Shown here one piece after another: positions 45,091 to 54,940 of a stretch of DNA of 64,000 nt (the first letter of the stretch is position 1; each line of letters begins with the position of its first letter). The notes under the pieces were generated by a model. That model ran no database searches. It was not told where the DNA came from and saw nothing but the letters and a program-made list of their open reading frames with translations. The translations under genes and the position numbers were made by a program. The stretch comes from Escherichia phage ECP2303: the sequence record PP261279.1. One strand, written 5' to 3'.

Positions 45091-45117
45091 GATAAAATAA
45101 AGGGGGCCGGAGCCCCC
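45091..45117 (-). terminator. Intrinsic terminator downstream of the tape-measure gene
   Basis: Minus strand reads GGGGGCUCCGGCCCCC hairpin followed by UUUAUUUUAU. Confidence 0.6.
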
Positions 45118-45130
45118 TGTGTGCTGTTTA

Positions 45131-47470
45131 TTACCAAAGATCTGTTGACATAAAGTTAATATCCTTGTTGTTCTCCCACTCAAGTTTTGCATCAAGTATT
45201 TTGCTAAACTCCCCCTCATCTATTGAAATCGTGATTTTACCATCACTAATCTCTAAAGGGAGCATTTCCATAGTTCTTAATTGAGAAGCAAAACCAGGGC
45301 CACCGGGCAACGGAAGAGTCCCTCCCGGTAAGGTGTCCAAAGGATCAACAAACCCGTTACCTCCAGATATGATATCTTTGCGAATCATATCGCTGATAGT
45401 ATCCAGTTGCTGATTTCTCTCACTCAGTGGGTTGAAACGGTCATTAAATAACTCCCCGGCGCTTAATATTGTACCGATAATACCAAGCTTACCAAGCAGG
45501 CCAACTTTACCACCAGGTGTCTTGAGGCCACCTCCCCCTTTTCCTGCCGCACCACCACCAGATCCTTCTGTGGTAGCTGCACCTGCACCTGCTGCTCCAG
45601 CTGCACCTCTTATAGAACTAAGGAATTTGAAGGTTTTTACAAGCATAGATGCCATGACAAAACCTTTTGTCAGGGCGTTCACTACCAGCATAATGGCAGC
45701 AGCAAACCCTGCCCATTTAGCATAGCTAAAGGTGTCATTAAGCTCTTCAGAATATTCCTTCGTCTTAGCTGTTATGAGTCCCCATTTAATCCCCCATTCA
45801 AGGAAAAACATGCGGATCTTGACTATGGTATTGTTTAGTTCACCAACTACCCAGTTGAGACCTCTCACAAAACCACTAACAAAATCACCAGAGGCATCCC
45901 ACACAAATTGCAAAGTCTCACCAGTGCGAATCAGTGTATAATAGAACTCTGTTAGTTCATCAGCCCAACGGGTGAATAGTTTCTGACGAGACAGTTCAAT
46001 GAAGGTTTTCAGTCTGTTTTCTGCCAGTACGTTAGACTTCTGCATTCTTTCATAACCAGCTGCAGATGCCTCGTTCATGTACTTAGCCACATACTTCATG
46101 ATCTTGGCTGTCTTAACCTCACCTTTCTTCATCATGTCCATGAACTGATCCATGGATAGTTCAGAAAGACCAAAAGCCTCTTTGGTGGCTTTGATAAAAG
46201 GTTCGTATGCACCAGGCAATGCTTCAGCAAGTTGTTGCTTCAGTTCTTCGGACATTACCTGTCCTTTACCGAGCATTTGCTGGATTGCCATGATGCCACG
46301 CTGGTATTTTACCTCATCTGCACCGTAAGCAGCAGCATACTGTGAGTATGCAGAGAATAGCTCATGCACCTCTTGATTTGTCATCTGGTTTTTGGCGTTT
46401 ACCGCCATCTGGGCGTAACCTTGAAGACCAGATTTGAGATCAAAACCAAGACGCATAGCCTCTTGCTGGACAAACGCAACCTCACTGTTGGCTTTGTTTG
46501 GATCTCCAGTAACAGCAGTAAGAGCAGCACTTGCCCCCTCCATCATGTGACCAGATCTGTTCACAGCAGTAAATCCAGAGAAAGCCGTATACGCAGCTGT
46601 TGCATTAATAACAGACCTACGTAAGTCTCTCATGGCATCACCAAGTGTAAGCGTTTGGCTGGTGGCGCTTTTAAATCCAGACTGCAGAGCTGACAGGTGG
46701 GCGTTAAAGGTTGACTTTTTCATCTCTCCGCGAGCAAACCTGGACTCTAACTCTGAGTATCCTGGCAAGCTTCCACGGAATCCGGCCCCATACTTGGCAG
46801 AAAGTCTTATCGCAGAGTTGTAGAGGTGGGTTCTCCTTGCCTCACGATCCGACATAAGCTTATTATCCATACCAGCTTTACTGTCTCTTCTTAGCTGCCT
46901 ATGATAACGATTCATAGCGGCTGTCTGAGCTTTCACAAGGTTAGGGTCGGAAGCCACACCACCCATATTAGGGTTACCTGGGATATACTTGAAAGATTTG
47001 GCATTAGCCAAAACTCTTGCCTTAGGTGCCTTATAACCGCCGTAAGACACTGGTGCAGATTTGGTAGCCTTTTTGGCCTCTTTAGCTTGCTGCTGGTAGA
47101 ACTTACGCATCCTAGCCATTTCTGGATTTTTAGCGGTAAGATTACCCACAGCTTGTTTACGTCTCGCGTTCTCCCTACGTTCTATTGCAGCCCTTACTGC
47201 AGCCTCTTTCTTGGCCTGTGCTACGCTCTCCCTGTGCAGTTTAGCATTTGCCTGATATTGCTGTCTGGCAACCCGCTGCATTGTTTGCTGGGTTTTAACA
47301 GCCACTGCCTGCCATCTACTCATTGGGTTGGCTGAGTTAAAATCCTCGCCCAGTTTCCTGAACTCCCTCCCAATACTGCGAATTTTCTCTACAGCTTTTT
47401 TGTAGGAGGAGTTCTCTATCTCAAAGCCAATCTTGTTGACTGTTGTGGCAACTATTTTGTTTGTAGCCAT
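45131..47470 (-). CDS. Tail tape measure protein
   Basis: 779 aa. Ala/Gln/Lys-rich helical N-terminal part, internal hydrophobic segment, Gly-rich segment (GAAGAAGAGAATTEGSGGGAAGKGGGG). Downstream of the chaperone pair. Confidence 0.8.
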   Translation of the reverse strand: MATNKIVATTVNKIGFEIENSSYKKAVEKIRSIGREFRKLGEDFNSANPMSRWQAVAVKTQQTMQRVARQQYQANAKLHRESVAQAKKEAAVRAAIERRENARRKQAVGNLTAKNPEMARMRKFYQQQAKEAKKATKSAPVSYGGYKAPKARVLANAKSFKYIPGNPNMGGVASDPNLVKAQTAAMNRYHRQLRRDSKAGMDNKLMSDREARRTHLYNSAIRLSAKYGAGFRGSLPGYSELESRFARGEMKKSTFNAHLSALQSGFKSATSQTLTLGDAMRDLRRSVINATAAYTAFSGFTAVNRSGHMMEGASAALTAVTGDPNKANSEVAFVQQEAMRLGFDLKSGLQGYAQMAVNAKNQMTNQEVHELFSAYSQYAAAYGADEVKYQRGIMAIQQMLGKGQVMSEELKQQLAEALPGAYEPFIKATKEAFGLSELSMDQFMDMMKKGEVKTAKIMKYVAKYMNEASAAGYERMQKSNVLAENRLKTFIELSRQKLFTRWADELTEFYYTLIRTGETLQFVWDASGDFVSGFVRGLNWVVGELNNTIVKIRMFFLEWGIKWGLITAKTKEYSEELNDTFSYAKWAGFAAAIMLVVNALTKGFVMASMLVKTFKFLSSIRGAAGAAGAGAATTEGSGGGAAGKGGGGLKTPGGKVGLLGKLGIIGTILSAGELFNDRFNPLSERNQQLDTISDMIRKDIISGGNGFVDPLDTLPGGTLPLPGGPGFASQLRTMEMLPLEISDGKITISIDEGEFSKILDAKLEWENNKDINFMSTDLW

Positions 47471-47488
47471 GCTTTCCTCATAATAAAA

Positions 47489-47520
47489 AGGGCCAGATCC
47501 CAGAAAAGGAATCCGGCCCT
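47489..47520 (-). terminator. Hairpin + U-tract (possible attenuator) between the chaperone ORFs and the tape-measure gene
   Basis: Imperfect 9-bp stem (GGGCCGGAU / AUCUGGCCC) followed by UUUUUAUUAUG on the minus strand. Confidence 0.4.
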
Positions 47521-47524
47521 TAGA

Positions 47525-47773
47525 TTATCCTCTCCTGCGCTTAGCTTTCGCAGCAGCTGCGGCAGCCTTCTGCTCCCGCTCCATTTCCCTGTTTTGGACG
47601 GTATCTAGGAATTCTTCGATATCAAGATACTCACAGAGCTTCAGGAAATACGCCATATCTGCAAGATTTAGCGATTCAAAATTTTCCCCTTTGAAATTCT
47701 TGAGCACCCTGCACCAAAGAAAGTCGAACCAGTTAAGTGAACTGTTCTTAGCTGCCCACTCACTGGCCCTCAC
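47525..47773 (-). CDS. Second tail-chaperone ORF (possible -1 frameshift extension of upstream chaperone)
   Basis: 82-aa ORF in the -1 frame relative to 47785-48258, starting (GTG) 12 nt after its stop. Its frame stays open well upstream of the chaperone stop. Confidence 0.4.
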   Translation of the reverse strand: MRASEWAAKNSSLNWFDFLWCRVLKNFKGENFESLNLADMAYFLKLCEYLDIEEFLDTVQNREMEREQKAAAAAAKAKRRRG

Positions 47774-47784
47774 AACAACCTTGC

Positions 47785-48258
47785 TTATTCCTGCTCTTCC
47801 GGAGTCTGATCCAGATTGTTCACCTGCTGGATCATACCCATCTGCTGTAACATCTCCAGAAGGCTTCCTAAACCGTCTTGTGTGAAAAAACAGCCGTAGT
47901 TAACCTCCAGAACCTTACCTGCCAGCTTAATCATCTCCAGCAGATGCCCTGCAAACACAACATCAGGGTTAAGCTTATCCACACCATCCACGGTAATATC
48001 TTCGAACAAGATTTTAAATAACTCTTCAATAGAGTTATCATCAAGTTCTTGGAACAGGTAAGCTAGGGCTGTAGGAAGGACCTCTGCCATATTCTGACCG
48101 CCTGAGAGAATAGATCCACCGATAGCACCTAGCGGGACAGCCACAATCTTACCGATTTTAGGCATGTTTTTCATTGCTTTCATCGGTCCCCAGTGGGTGA
48201 TCACAAAGTTGTGCCCTGCTAAATCAATCTCTGTTGTAGGTCTAAAGTTTATAGCCAT
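47785..48258 (-). CDS. Tail assembly chaperone (gpG-like position)
   Basis: 157-aa acidic protein between the tube and tape-measure genes. Confidence 0.5.
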   Translation of the reverse strand: MAINFRPTTEIDLAGHNFVITHWGPMKAMKNMPKIGKIVAVPLGAIGGSILSGGQNMAEVLPTALAYLFQELDDNSIEELFKILFEDITVDGVDKLNPDVVFAGHLLEMIKLAGKVLEVNYGCFFTQDGLGSLLEMLQQMGMIQQVNNLDQTPEEQE

Positions 48259-48382
48259 TTTATAGCATCCTTATTAGTCATGTTGTGCACCATATTTGTG
48301 TATTTTACCATGATTACGGTGCATTGTCAATTTAACCTTTCAAGCAACTCAAGAACGTGTGTCAAAACCATAAAAGCAAAAA

Positions 48383-48403
48383 GCCCCACCCGAAGGTGAG
48401 GCC
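48383..48403 (-). terminator. Intrinsic terminator (UUCG tetraloop) downstream of the tube gene
   Basis: Minus strand reads GGCCUCACC-UUCG-GGUGGGGCU followed by UUUUGCUUUUAU. Confidence 0.6.
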
Positions 48404-48420
48404 TATGCTAAAGTGTGCCC

Positions 48421-48894
48421 TTAGATAATACCTGCAAGACCTGCGAGGCCAGTGAGAGCACCAGTGATGTTGTCACGGTTGAGCCATGCATCCAGAATAC
48501 CGATATCCCAGTCCAGCTGACCTACTTCGGTTCCGTAAGTTAGGTCAGGCTGTTTCTGGATCCAACCGATTGTAGCAATGCCAGGGCCCTGGCTACCTTC
48601 CAGCAGAACCGGGAAGAATACCAGACCAGTAATAGATGCCTGTTTCTGCCAGTCAGAAAGGTAAGCGTTCCATACAGAAGTGTTCTGCAAGGATACAGTC
48701 ATAACACCAGATTGGTTACGAGACAGAGCTGCAGACATTTCACCATCCACACCAACGTGAGGGTAGATGTTGTCTTCGTTTCTTGAAACAACGATCTTGG
48801 TGTCAGCAGCGAAGCCAGTGACACGCTGCTGCATCAGATACAGTTTGACCTTTTTAGGGTCATACGCATAAGGAGTTAAAATTTGAGTTTCCAT
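48421..48894 (-). CDS. Tail tube protein (putative)
   Basis: 157 aa, directly downstream of the sheath-sized gene and followed by a terminator. Confidence 0.55.
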   Translation of the reverse strand: METQILTPYAYDPKKVKLYLMQQRVTGFAADTKIVVSRNEDNIYPHVGVDGEMSAALSRNQSGVMTVSLQNTSVWNAYLSDWQKQASITGLVFFPVLLEGSQGPGIATIGWIQKQPDLTYGTEVGQLDWDIGILDAWLNRDNITGALTGLAGLAGII

Positions 48895-48904
48895 CTAGTC
48901 TTCC

Positions 48905-50281
48905 TTATTCAGTCATTGCAACAGCATTGGTGGATTTAGAACCAACTTTGTCCAGAAGGACGTTGATCCGGATACGAACGAAGTGCAGGGCGTTGTTATA
49001 CACCAGTTCTACTTTCACACCTTCCAGAACACGAGCAGCCAACTGATTGGTTGGGATTTCTGCACGTTTAGGAACTGTGATGATCGGGTCGTAGAATACA
49101 TTATTGTCTTCGTCAAAACCTGTCAGGATCGCACCATTTTTAATGCCAGTATTGATCGGGTTGTTCATCAGAACAGACTTGATAACCGGAAGATCATCAT
49201 CAGACATCTTCATGCTTAAGCCCATATTGGAGCGGCGATGCATGTACCCAAACATGGACTCTTCAGATCTGAACTTGATCCAGTGTGCAAAACGGATAGC
49301 GTCTGCATACTGACCTGAAGCACACTTACCTTCCCAGAAAGCGCCAACACCGTTAATCATTCTATAGAAGTTAACGTGGTTTTCCCAAATCGCCATACGC
49401 TGAGTTAAAGTCAGGGATGGTGCAATAACGCCCGGCATCTGTTTTAAATGCAAGCTGTCGCCGTAAGACGGATCGTTGGATGCCATAGCGCCTACGATAC
49501 CACCCTCTGGAAAATCTTTATCCGCACGAGGATCGTACATGCCGACACTATCATATTGTGCAGCCATCAGTTTGGTGGCGATGTTATTTTCTTTGCCAGT
49601 CACATCTTCTGCAGTAGAATAGACATGGAGCTTGTAGTTAGCCTGAGCCCACTTAGCACATGCTTCAATGTCGGTGTGGTCTTCATGGCACAGGAAGTAC
49701 CAATTATCACGCTCAGCATTGATCTTATCAACTACTGTAGAAGGTTTTTCAGAATTGGCGATATTTTTGATTGTATAGTTACCAGTATGATAACCAACAG
49801 TGCAGTCACCAGTGATGGTAATAACACCTTCAGAAGCCTCTACAGTGATATCGTTCAAGTTATCATCTGCTTCGATTTTAGTCTTCATTGATTCTGCAAT
49901 CTGAGTTGCACCTGTTCCACCAGAGATAGGTACTATCAGAGAAGTATTGTAGCCACCTTTTGCAATGGTCATTACGACATCGGTATCAGCTGCGGCAGCA
50001 ATACCTTTAAAATCTACAGTGGTTTTTTCTTTAGCCTGTCTGCCGATCATAACGTATTGTGGAGGGAATACACCGCCGAAAGCTTTTGCTGCAAACTCAT
50101 ACGCTGCAGAGCCTTGTGCGAAACCGTCTTCCACCATCTGGTCCAGCTCCGCATACACGCGAGCTCGCTCAGTAAAGTTGTTGTGGATAGCGATGAACAG
50201 CGGGGTTTCGAAACCTACAGTGTCAATAGGCTGGGTTCCGAGGTTAACTGTAACATCTACCACTTTATCTAAATATGGCAT
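48905..50281 (-). CDS. Tail sheath protein (putative)
   Basis: 458 aa, immediately upstream of the tube-sized gene, in the canonical sheath-tube-chaperone-tape-measure order. Confidence 0.55.
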   Translation of the reverse strand: MPYLDKVVDVTVNLGTQPIDTVGFETPLFIAIHNNFTERARVYAELDQMVEDGFAQGSAAYEFAAKAFGGVFPPQYVMIGRQAKEKTTVDFKGIAAAADTDVVMTIAKGGYNTSLIVPISGGTGATQIAESMKTKIEADDNLNDITVEASEGVITITGDCTVGYHTGNYTIKNIANSEKPSTVVDKINAERDNWYFLCHEDHTDIEACAKWAQANYKLHVYSTAEDVTGKENNIATKLMAAQYDSVGMYDPRADKDFPEGGIVGAMASNDPSYGDSLHLKQMPGVIAPSLTLTQRMAIWENHVNFYRMINGVGAFWEGKCASGQYADAIRFAHWIKFRSEESMFGYMHRRSNMGLSMKMSDDDLPVIKSVLMNNPINTGIKNGAILTGFDEDNNVFYDPIITVPKRAEIPTNQLAARVLEGVKVELVYNNALHFVRIRINVLLDKVGSKSTNAVAMTE

Positions 50282-50353
50282 TTGTTTCCTCTTAATATCT
50301 GTGCACGGATATCAAACACGCAGTGTAATCATTACACTACACAATTATAACGA

Positions 50354-50905
50354 TTACTGACCACTGTCTGTAACCGATTTATCAGAATTGGGTGAAGGGA
50401 AGTGCGTGGTTATTTCAGCCTTAATTCCCTGAAGATCCTCAAAAGCCCCAATGTCTGTCTCAACAAACCTTACGTTAAATGTCAGCATTACCGTGGCTCT
50501 ATTTTCATACGTCTGCTTATTCAACGGCACCCTTTGAGGGGAGATTGTTGAATTGTTAGAGTAAGCAAAGCACGACCCCAGAGGGAAATACTTGTCATAA
50601 AACATTGGAAGATTTATTGCTTGCAATACTCTGCTAAGTGCAGCATGTGCCCTGCCACGATAAGCTGTTAACAGATAGGTAACAGTGTAACTGTGTGTTA
50701 CGTAAGCATTACCCTCCGCATCTTGAAACTCATTATCTTCCCAAGTGGTTGGATTGATCGCCAAGGTTTGTAAAAGTACAAACTCACCTTCCGGCTTCGG
50801 TATGGTAGAGCTTTCTGCCAGAACTACAGTTCTTCCTGTGGCAACCTTGACAAGCTTAGCAATGGTTGTTTCAAGATCAGAAAAAACTTTTTCGAAAGCT
50901 TCCAT
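50354..50905 (-). CDS. Neck/tail completion protein (hypothetical)
   Basis: Position between the head and tail modules. Confidence 0.45.
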   Translation of the reverse strand: MEAFEKVFSDLETTIAKLVKVATGRTVVLAESSTIPKPEGEFVLLQTLAINPTTWEDNEFQDAEGNAYVTHSYTVTYLLTAYRGRAHAALSRVLQAINLPMFYDKYFPLGSCFAYSNNSTISPQRVPLNKQTYENRATVMLTFNVRFVETDIGAFEDLQGIKAEITTHFPSPNSDKSVTDSGQ

Positions 50906-51330
50906 CAGTCTTCTCCTTCAGGCTCTTCTACCACAAAAAATCTATATCTTCCACCACCAGACGTGACATATGCATCGCATTTTAAAACGGTAAACCATTT
51001 CAAGTCACCACGGATGTCAGGCAGCTGAATTTGATCAGCCATTGCATATGTTCCTTCATCTGGACTATACAACTTGGTTGAGGAGTAAACTGTAAAAGCC
51101 TCGTACTGTCTGTCACCTTCGGGATTTATTTGAGAGGAGTAATCTTTAGCTGCCCTTCCTGTCAACGGCTGCACAACACACTCTAAGACATCAAACTCTT
51201 CATACTCAAGTTCTAACCCCTCGTTAGCAAAAGGACCACCAACTGTTTTGTTATACACTCTGTGGCGACCTTTGAATGTTTTGCGGGGTATTAGCCTGTT
51301 CTTTCCTATCAGCTTATAACCTGCTGCCAC
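50905..51330 (-). CDS. Neck/head-tail joining protein (hypothetical)
   Basis: Position; ATGA overlap with its neighbour. Confidence 0.45.
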   Translation of the reverse strand: MAAGYKLIGKNRLIPRKTFKGRHRVYNKTVGGPFANEGLELEYEEFDVLECVVQPLTGRAAKDYSSQINPEGDRQYEAFTVYSSTKLYSPDEGTYAMADQIQLPDIRGDLKWFTVLKCDAYVTSGGGRYRFFVVEEPEGED

Positions 51331-51339
51331 TCAACCCCC

Positions 51340-51816
51340 TTATTTTTGCTGTCCAATTTTAAAGGTTGCAGATTCCAGCAGCACATCGTAATGCCGCATA
51401 GCCTCGTTGAAGCCCTTCTCTTGTGCCCACTGCTCACTAACAGTAGGGTTACTAAACTGCCCAGCCTCAATAACAAACTGGATAGCTTTGGCTCCTGTGT
51501 CCCCCATCTGCTTAAGAACAGCCTCTGCACTTGATCCTCTAGCCATAGCTCTCAACAATTTTTCTGTCAAGGTCTGCAGTTGCGTGCTGTGAAATGCAAA
51601 GGCCGTCTCCATGAAATTGCGAACAGGCAGCCCGTTCCAACCGAAGTTGTGAATAGCTGCCAATGTTGCCATATTTAAGCCTGACGGGTGAGGTTCATCA
51701 TAAAAGCCGTAGGTTATTGTTTTGCTTTCAAGTTTCACAAGGTCTTTATAAAAGCGATCTAAACGCTTTAAGTTGAACCTTGTTTGACATTTAACCTTTA
51801 GCATTATATTCCTCAC
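51340..51816 (-). CDS. Head-tail connector / virion morphogenesis protein (hypothetical)
   Basis: Position between the head and tail modules. Confidence 0.45.
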   Translation of the reverse strand: MRNIMLKVKCQTRFNLKRLDRFYKDLVKLESKTITYGFYDEPHPSGLNMATLAAIHNFGWNGLPVRNFMETAFAFHSTQLQTLTEKLLRAMARGSSAEAVLKQMGDTGAKAIQFVIEAGQFSNPTVSEQWAQEKGFNEAMRHYDVLLESATFKIGQQK

Positions 51817-51857
51817 TAATGTATTTTACCACAAAGATACATCAAAAGCAACAATTT

Positions 51858-52535
51858 TTAAAAACTGCGTTTGCGTCTTGGGTGGCGAGGAGGTTGATTA
51901 TTTAGACCACTGATAGGTGTAATCCCTTGGACATCGAAAGGGCCGTTACTGTTTTCATTAAATTTAACCCGAATTCCTTCGTCTACACGAACACCCCCAA
52001 TGATAATCATTCTGCTATAAGCATCTAACTCAGAGTCTACATAGTCAGGGTGTGCCAGCAGCCAATCAAGGAAATCTTTCCACTGGGCGTAGGAAGATCC
52101 ACCACGGATCTCTATGGTCTCATCACCTATCTTTTCCAGACGAGAAGTTATACTTGCATTACCGCTGGACACTTCCTGCATCATCAGCCACCGCACAAGC
52201 TGCACAAGCACATTGTACTTAAGCAGTGGTAGCTTATCAGGGTCTGCCGGATAATTTAGTTTCAGCTTCTCCATGTCAAGGAATGTTTTAATTACTCCGT
52301 CAGGGAGTGTTTCCTCATCAATATTGCCAAGCAATAACCTCATAATATCAATAAGAGGTTGGTCTGGATCAGGTTCCGGAGGTACAGGATCTTCTTTTGG
52401 TGGTTCTTCTGGGGTATCGACTACACCATCATGGTTAGGCGGGGACGGGATAATCTCTTCATCTTCATACCATGCCATTTGAAAATACCTCGTAAAAATA
52501 AAGCCCCATTCCTGATTTGGAAGGGGCCTTAACAA
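51858..52535 (-). CDS. Head-tail adaptor (hypothetical; start uncertain)
   Basis: Position; Pro/Glu/Asp-rich N-terminal segment. Confidence 0.45.
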   Translation of the reverse strand: MLRPLPNQEWGFIFTRYFQMAWYEDEEIIPSPPNHDGVVDTPEEPPKEDPVPPEPDPDQPLIDIMRLLLGNIDEETLPDGVIKTFLDMEKLKLNYPADPDKLPLLKYNVLVQLVRWLMMQEVSSGNASITSRLEKIGDETIEIRGGSSYAQWKDFLDWLLAHPDYVDSELDAYSRMIIIGGVRVDEGIRVKFNENSNGPFDVQGITPISGLNNQPPRHPRRKRSF

Positions 52536-52537
52536 AA

Positions 52538-53392
52538 TTATGCCAGTGCAGCCTCAAAATCTTTCATCATATTTTGGAAAGTTTTTGCCTTACTTAAGGT
52601 AACACCGTACTCTTTAGCAAAGGTTTGGAGTGCATCTTTTGAACCACTTTTGTCATCTTCGTTGTTAAGAGCTGCGGCTTGCTGCAGTATGGCATCAGTA
52701 TCACTGTGAGAAGATCTTGATTCTTGTGCCTGTTCAGGATCCTGCTCAGTACCTTCCGTACCTTCCGGTGCAGTCGGGCCTGGTGATTCCTCGCCGCCAC
52801 CACCAGGTTCAGTAGGGCCTACAGGTGGCTCCGGCTCAGGTTCAGGCTCTGGAGCCACTGTAGAAGTTAGCCCAAGATTTACAACCTGAGAACGTTTCTT
52901 AGGCCACTCAATAGTGAAAGTTTGGGTATCTTCTTCATAAACAATGCTGCATTGCTCATCGTTTATGGTCACTTTTTTAGGCATCCCTACAGGGTCCCAC
53001 AGATGTCCCTCTGCCACGGAAACTTTGAAAGCGGCATCTACCTCTTTAAACACTGACGGAGTGAGTGTGATATTGACATCTCCGCTTTGCAGTGTTAAAG
53101 TGCTTTCATCAAGGTTCTCTGTGAAGAACAGAAGAATAACACCCATACGGATAGTTGAAATACCGGTATCAATTGGCAGGCCTGTATGTTTTGCAATCTT
53201 CTCGAAGAAGTCTACAATAGTTCTGCATGGATAGTGAACACTGCCAATAACGAATTCTGTTGGTGGCAGCAAGGCTGATAAACCAACATTGATTTCTGGG
53301 TTATATTGTGCTAAAAATTGATAGAAACTTAACTGATTGTTGAAAACTCTTAATAGAGGATCATACTCAACTGGATATACGGCTCTCTTCAC
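52538..53392 (-). CDS. Head-associated structural protein with PEPEPEPEP linker (284 aa)
   Basis: First gene after the major-capsid terminator; contains a (PE)n repeat and a Gly/Glu/Thr-rich linker. Confidence 0.5.
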   Translation of the reverse strand: MKRAVYPVEYDPLLRVFNNQLSFYQFLAQYNPEINVGLSALLPPTEFVIGSVHYPCRTIVDFFEKIAKHTGLPIDTGISTIRMGVILLFFTENLDESTLTLQSGDVNITLTPSVFKEVDAAFKVSVAEGHLWDPVGMPKKVTINDEQCSIVYEEDTQTFTIEWPKKRSQVVNLGLTSTVAPEPEPEPEPPVGPTEPGGGGEESPGPTAPEGTEGTEQDPEQAQESRSSHSDTDAILQQAAALNNEDDKSGSKDALQTFAKEYGVTLSKAKTFQNMMKDFEAALA

Positions 53393-53413
53393 GGGACACT
53401 CCTGTTAAACCCT

Positions 53414-53448
53414 AATAAATAAAAAGGGGAGGGGAGAACCCCCTCCCC
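53414..53448 (-). terminator. Strong intrinsic terminator downstream of the major capsid gene
   Basis: Minus strand reads GGGGAGGGGGUUCUCCCCUCCCC hairpin followed by UUUUUAUUUAUU. Confidence 0.7.
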
Positions 53449-53472
53449 ATATGGGATGAATCACCTTAGTGA

Positions 53473-54483
53473 TTAGCCACCGTTTTTCAGAGTTACTTTA
53501 ACAACCAACTCTGGACGGGTGTTAACTGCCAGCATGGAAGTTTCAGATTCAATCTTCTCTTCACGCAGGTATGCAGAGTGTTTGTACCACATATACAGTT
53601 CCTGTGCTGGAGTGTTTGCTTCGTTAACATCATCTGCCGGAGCAAAGTGCAGCTGGAACATCTGATCAATACCCATCGGCAGAATGCGAGCTTCTTTCTT
53701 AGGAATATTGCCAGAGATATCTTCGATAAAGGTGATACCTTTATGTTCAAACACACGGTATACGCTGTCTTGACCGCCAGCACCAAGACGGCGACGCAGA
53801 GGTTCCTGAGCAGAGCCGTAATAGGTGTATGCCAGTTCTACCAGCGGGTGATGGGTAATAGCACTGAAGAACTCTGGTGAGCACAGAGCTACAATACGAT
53901 AGCCAGCTGCGTTATCACCAGCTTGCAGTGCGATGTGCAGACGAGCTTCTTCCAGAACCTCCATAGGATCCTGATCTGCTTTTGCAGGGTCAATCTCAAC
54001 AGATTTCTGTTCAACACCCCACAGAGTGTAGTAGTCATACTGACAGGTGGTGTCACCAGGTGCATAGGATTTACCCAGAATAGCCTGGAACAGCGCTTTC
54101 TCACGCAGTGCTTCATGAGAAACACGGATACGGCGAACAACGCGGGTTACTACGTCCTGAACAGTTTTCGGAGCATCAGGGGTGAAGTAACGACGGAAGT
54201 TCTGAACATCTGCGGCAGTGATGCCTTTGTCCAGAGGGAAGAACGGGATGTTCAGGTTTTTAACCTGGGCACGTTCACTACCAACGTAGTTACGCTCACC
54301 ACCACGACGGCGTGCCGGAATGTCGGTTACAACTTCATCAACACGCTCGATCTGAGCAATCGTTGAGGTGCCGAGACGGGTTTCGAACAGATCCATACCA
54401 GTAATCAGTCGGAATTGGCGCGGAACAAGTTCCAGAGTAGCACCTAAATCAACAATGCCAAATTCATCTTTACGAGTAATCAT
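53473..54483 (-). CDS. Major capsid protein
   Basis: 336 aa, downstream of the scaffold and a small head protein, followed by a strong terminator as is typical of highly expressed capsid genes. Assigned from size and synteny. Confidence 0.7.
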   Translation of the reverse strand: MITRKDEFGIVDLGATLELVPRQFRLITGMDLFETRLGTSTIAQIERVDEVVTDIPARRRGGERNYVGSERAQVKNLNIPFFPLDKGITAADVQNFRRYFTPDAPKTVQDVVTRVVRRIRVSHEALREKALFQAILGKSYAPGDTTCQYDYYTLWGVEQKSVEIDPAKADQDPMEVLEEARLHIALQAGDNAAGYRIVALCSPEFFSAITHHPLVELAYTYYGSAQEPLRRRLGAGGQDSVYRVFEHKGITFIEDISGNIPKKEARILPMGIDQMFQLHFAPADDVNEANTPAQELYMWYKHSAYLREEKIESETSMLAVNTRPELVVKVTLKNGG

Positions 54484-54530
54484 TTATTTCTCCAAAGTAA
54501 AACTTAAATATTTCCCGAACAATTTAGGGC

Positions 54531-54920
54531 TTACTCATCACCAAGGGTCTGGACTTGAACCTTGTTACCAAGGGCCTCAAGCTTGTCTAACACAGCCTGT
54601 GCTGCTTTAGCGCCACCAGTTGCCAGCAATTTATCCTTGGCAAAAGTAACACCACGTACAGCAACAACCAGTTTATATTTCTTTGTGCCAAGAGGTTCAG
54701 CGATATGCACTTTACCAGCAGAGTCTGGAATTAAAGCACGATCCACCAGAACGCCGTAAGCGTCTGAACCGTCCTGATTGGCAATGCTACCATCTTTGGT
54801 CACAACCGTGCCAGCGTGGTGATGCTCTGTCAGTGTAATTTCCATCTCTTTAAAATTGTAGCCAGCATCGCTAGAATCAACTTTGCCGAGCACGATATCA
54901 GAATATTGAGCGGTAATCAT
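54531..54920 (-). CDS. Small head protein (possible decoration/cement protein)
   Basis: 129 aa between the scaffold and major capsid genes. Confidence 0.4.
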   Translation of the reverse strand: MITAQYSDIVLGKVDSSDAGYNFKEMEITLTEHHHAGTVVTKDGSIANQDGSDAYGVLVDRALIPDSAGKVHIAEPLGTKKYKLVVAVRGVTFAKDKLLATGGAKAAQAVLDKLEALGNKVQVQTLGDE

Positions 54921-54940
54921 TTATTTCCCCCGTTAATGTC

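Noticed and set aside
52785-52830. PEPEPEPEP-encoding stretch as a possible simple-sequence repeat or contingency locus
   Set aside because: It is a short in-frame (GAG CCN)n-type linker within a structural gene, with no evidence of length variation from a single sequence. I noted it only as a protein linker.
54531-54920. Assignment of the 129-aa head protein as a lambda gpD-type decoration protein
   Set aside because: No convincing similarity to gpD could be seen by eye. I kept it only as a small head protein by position.
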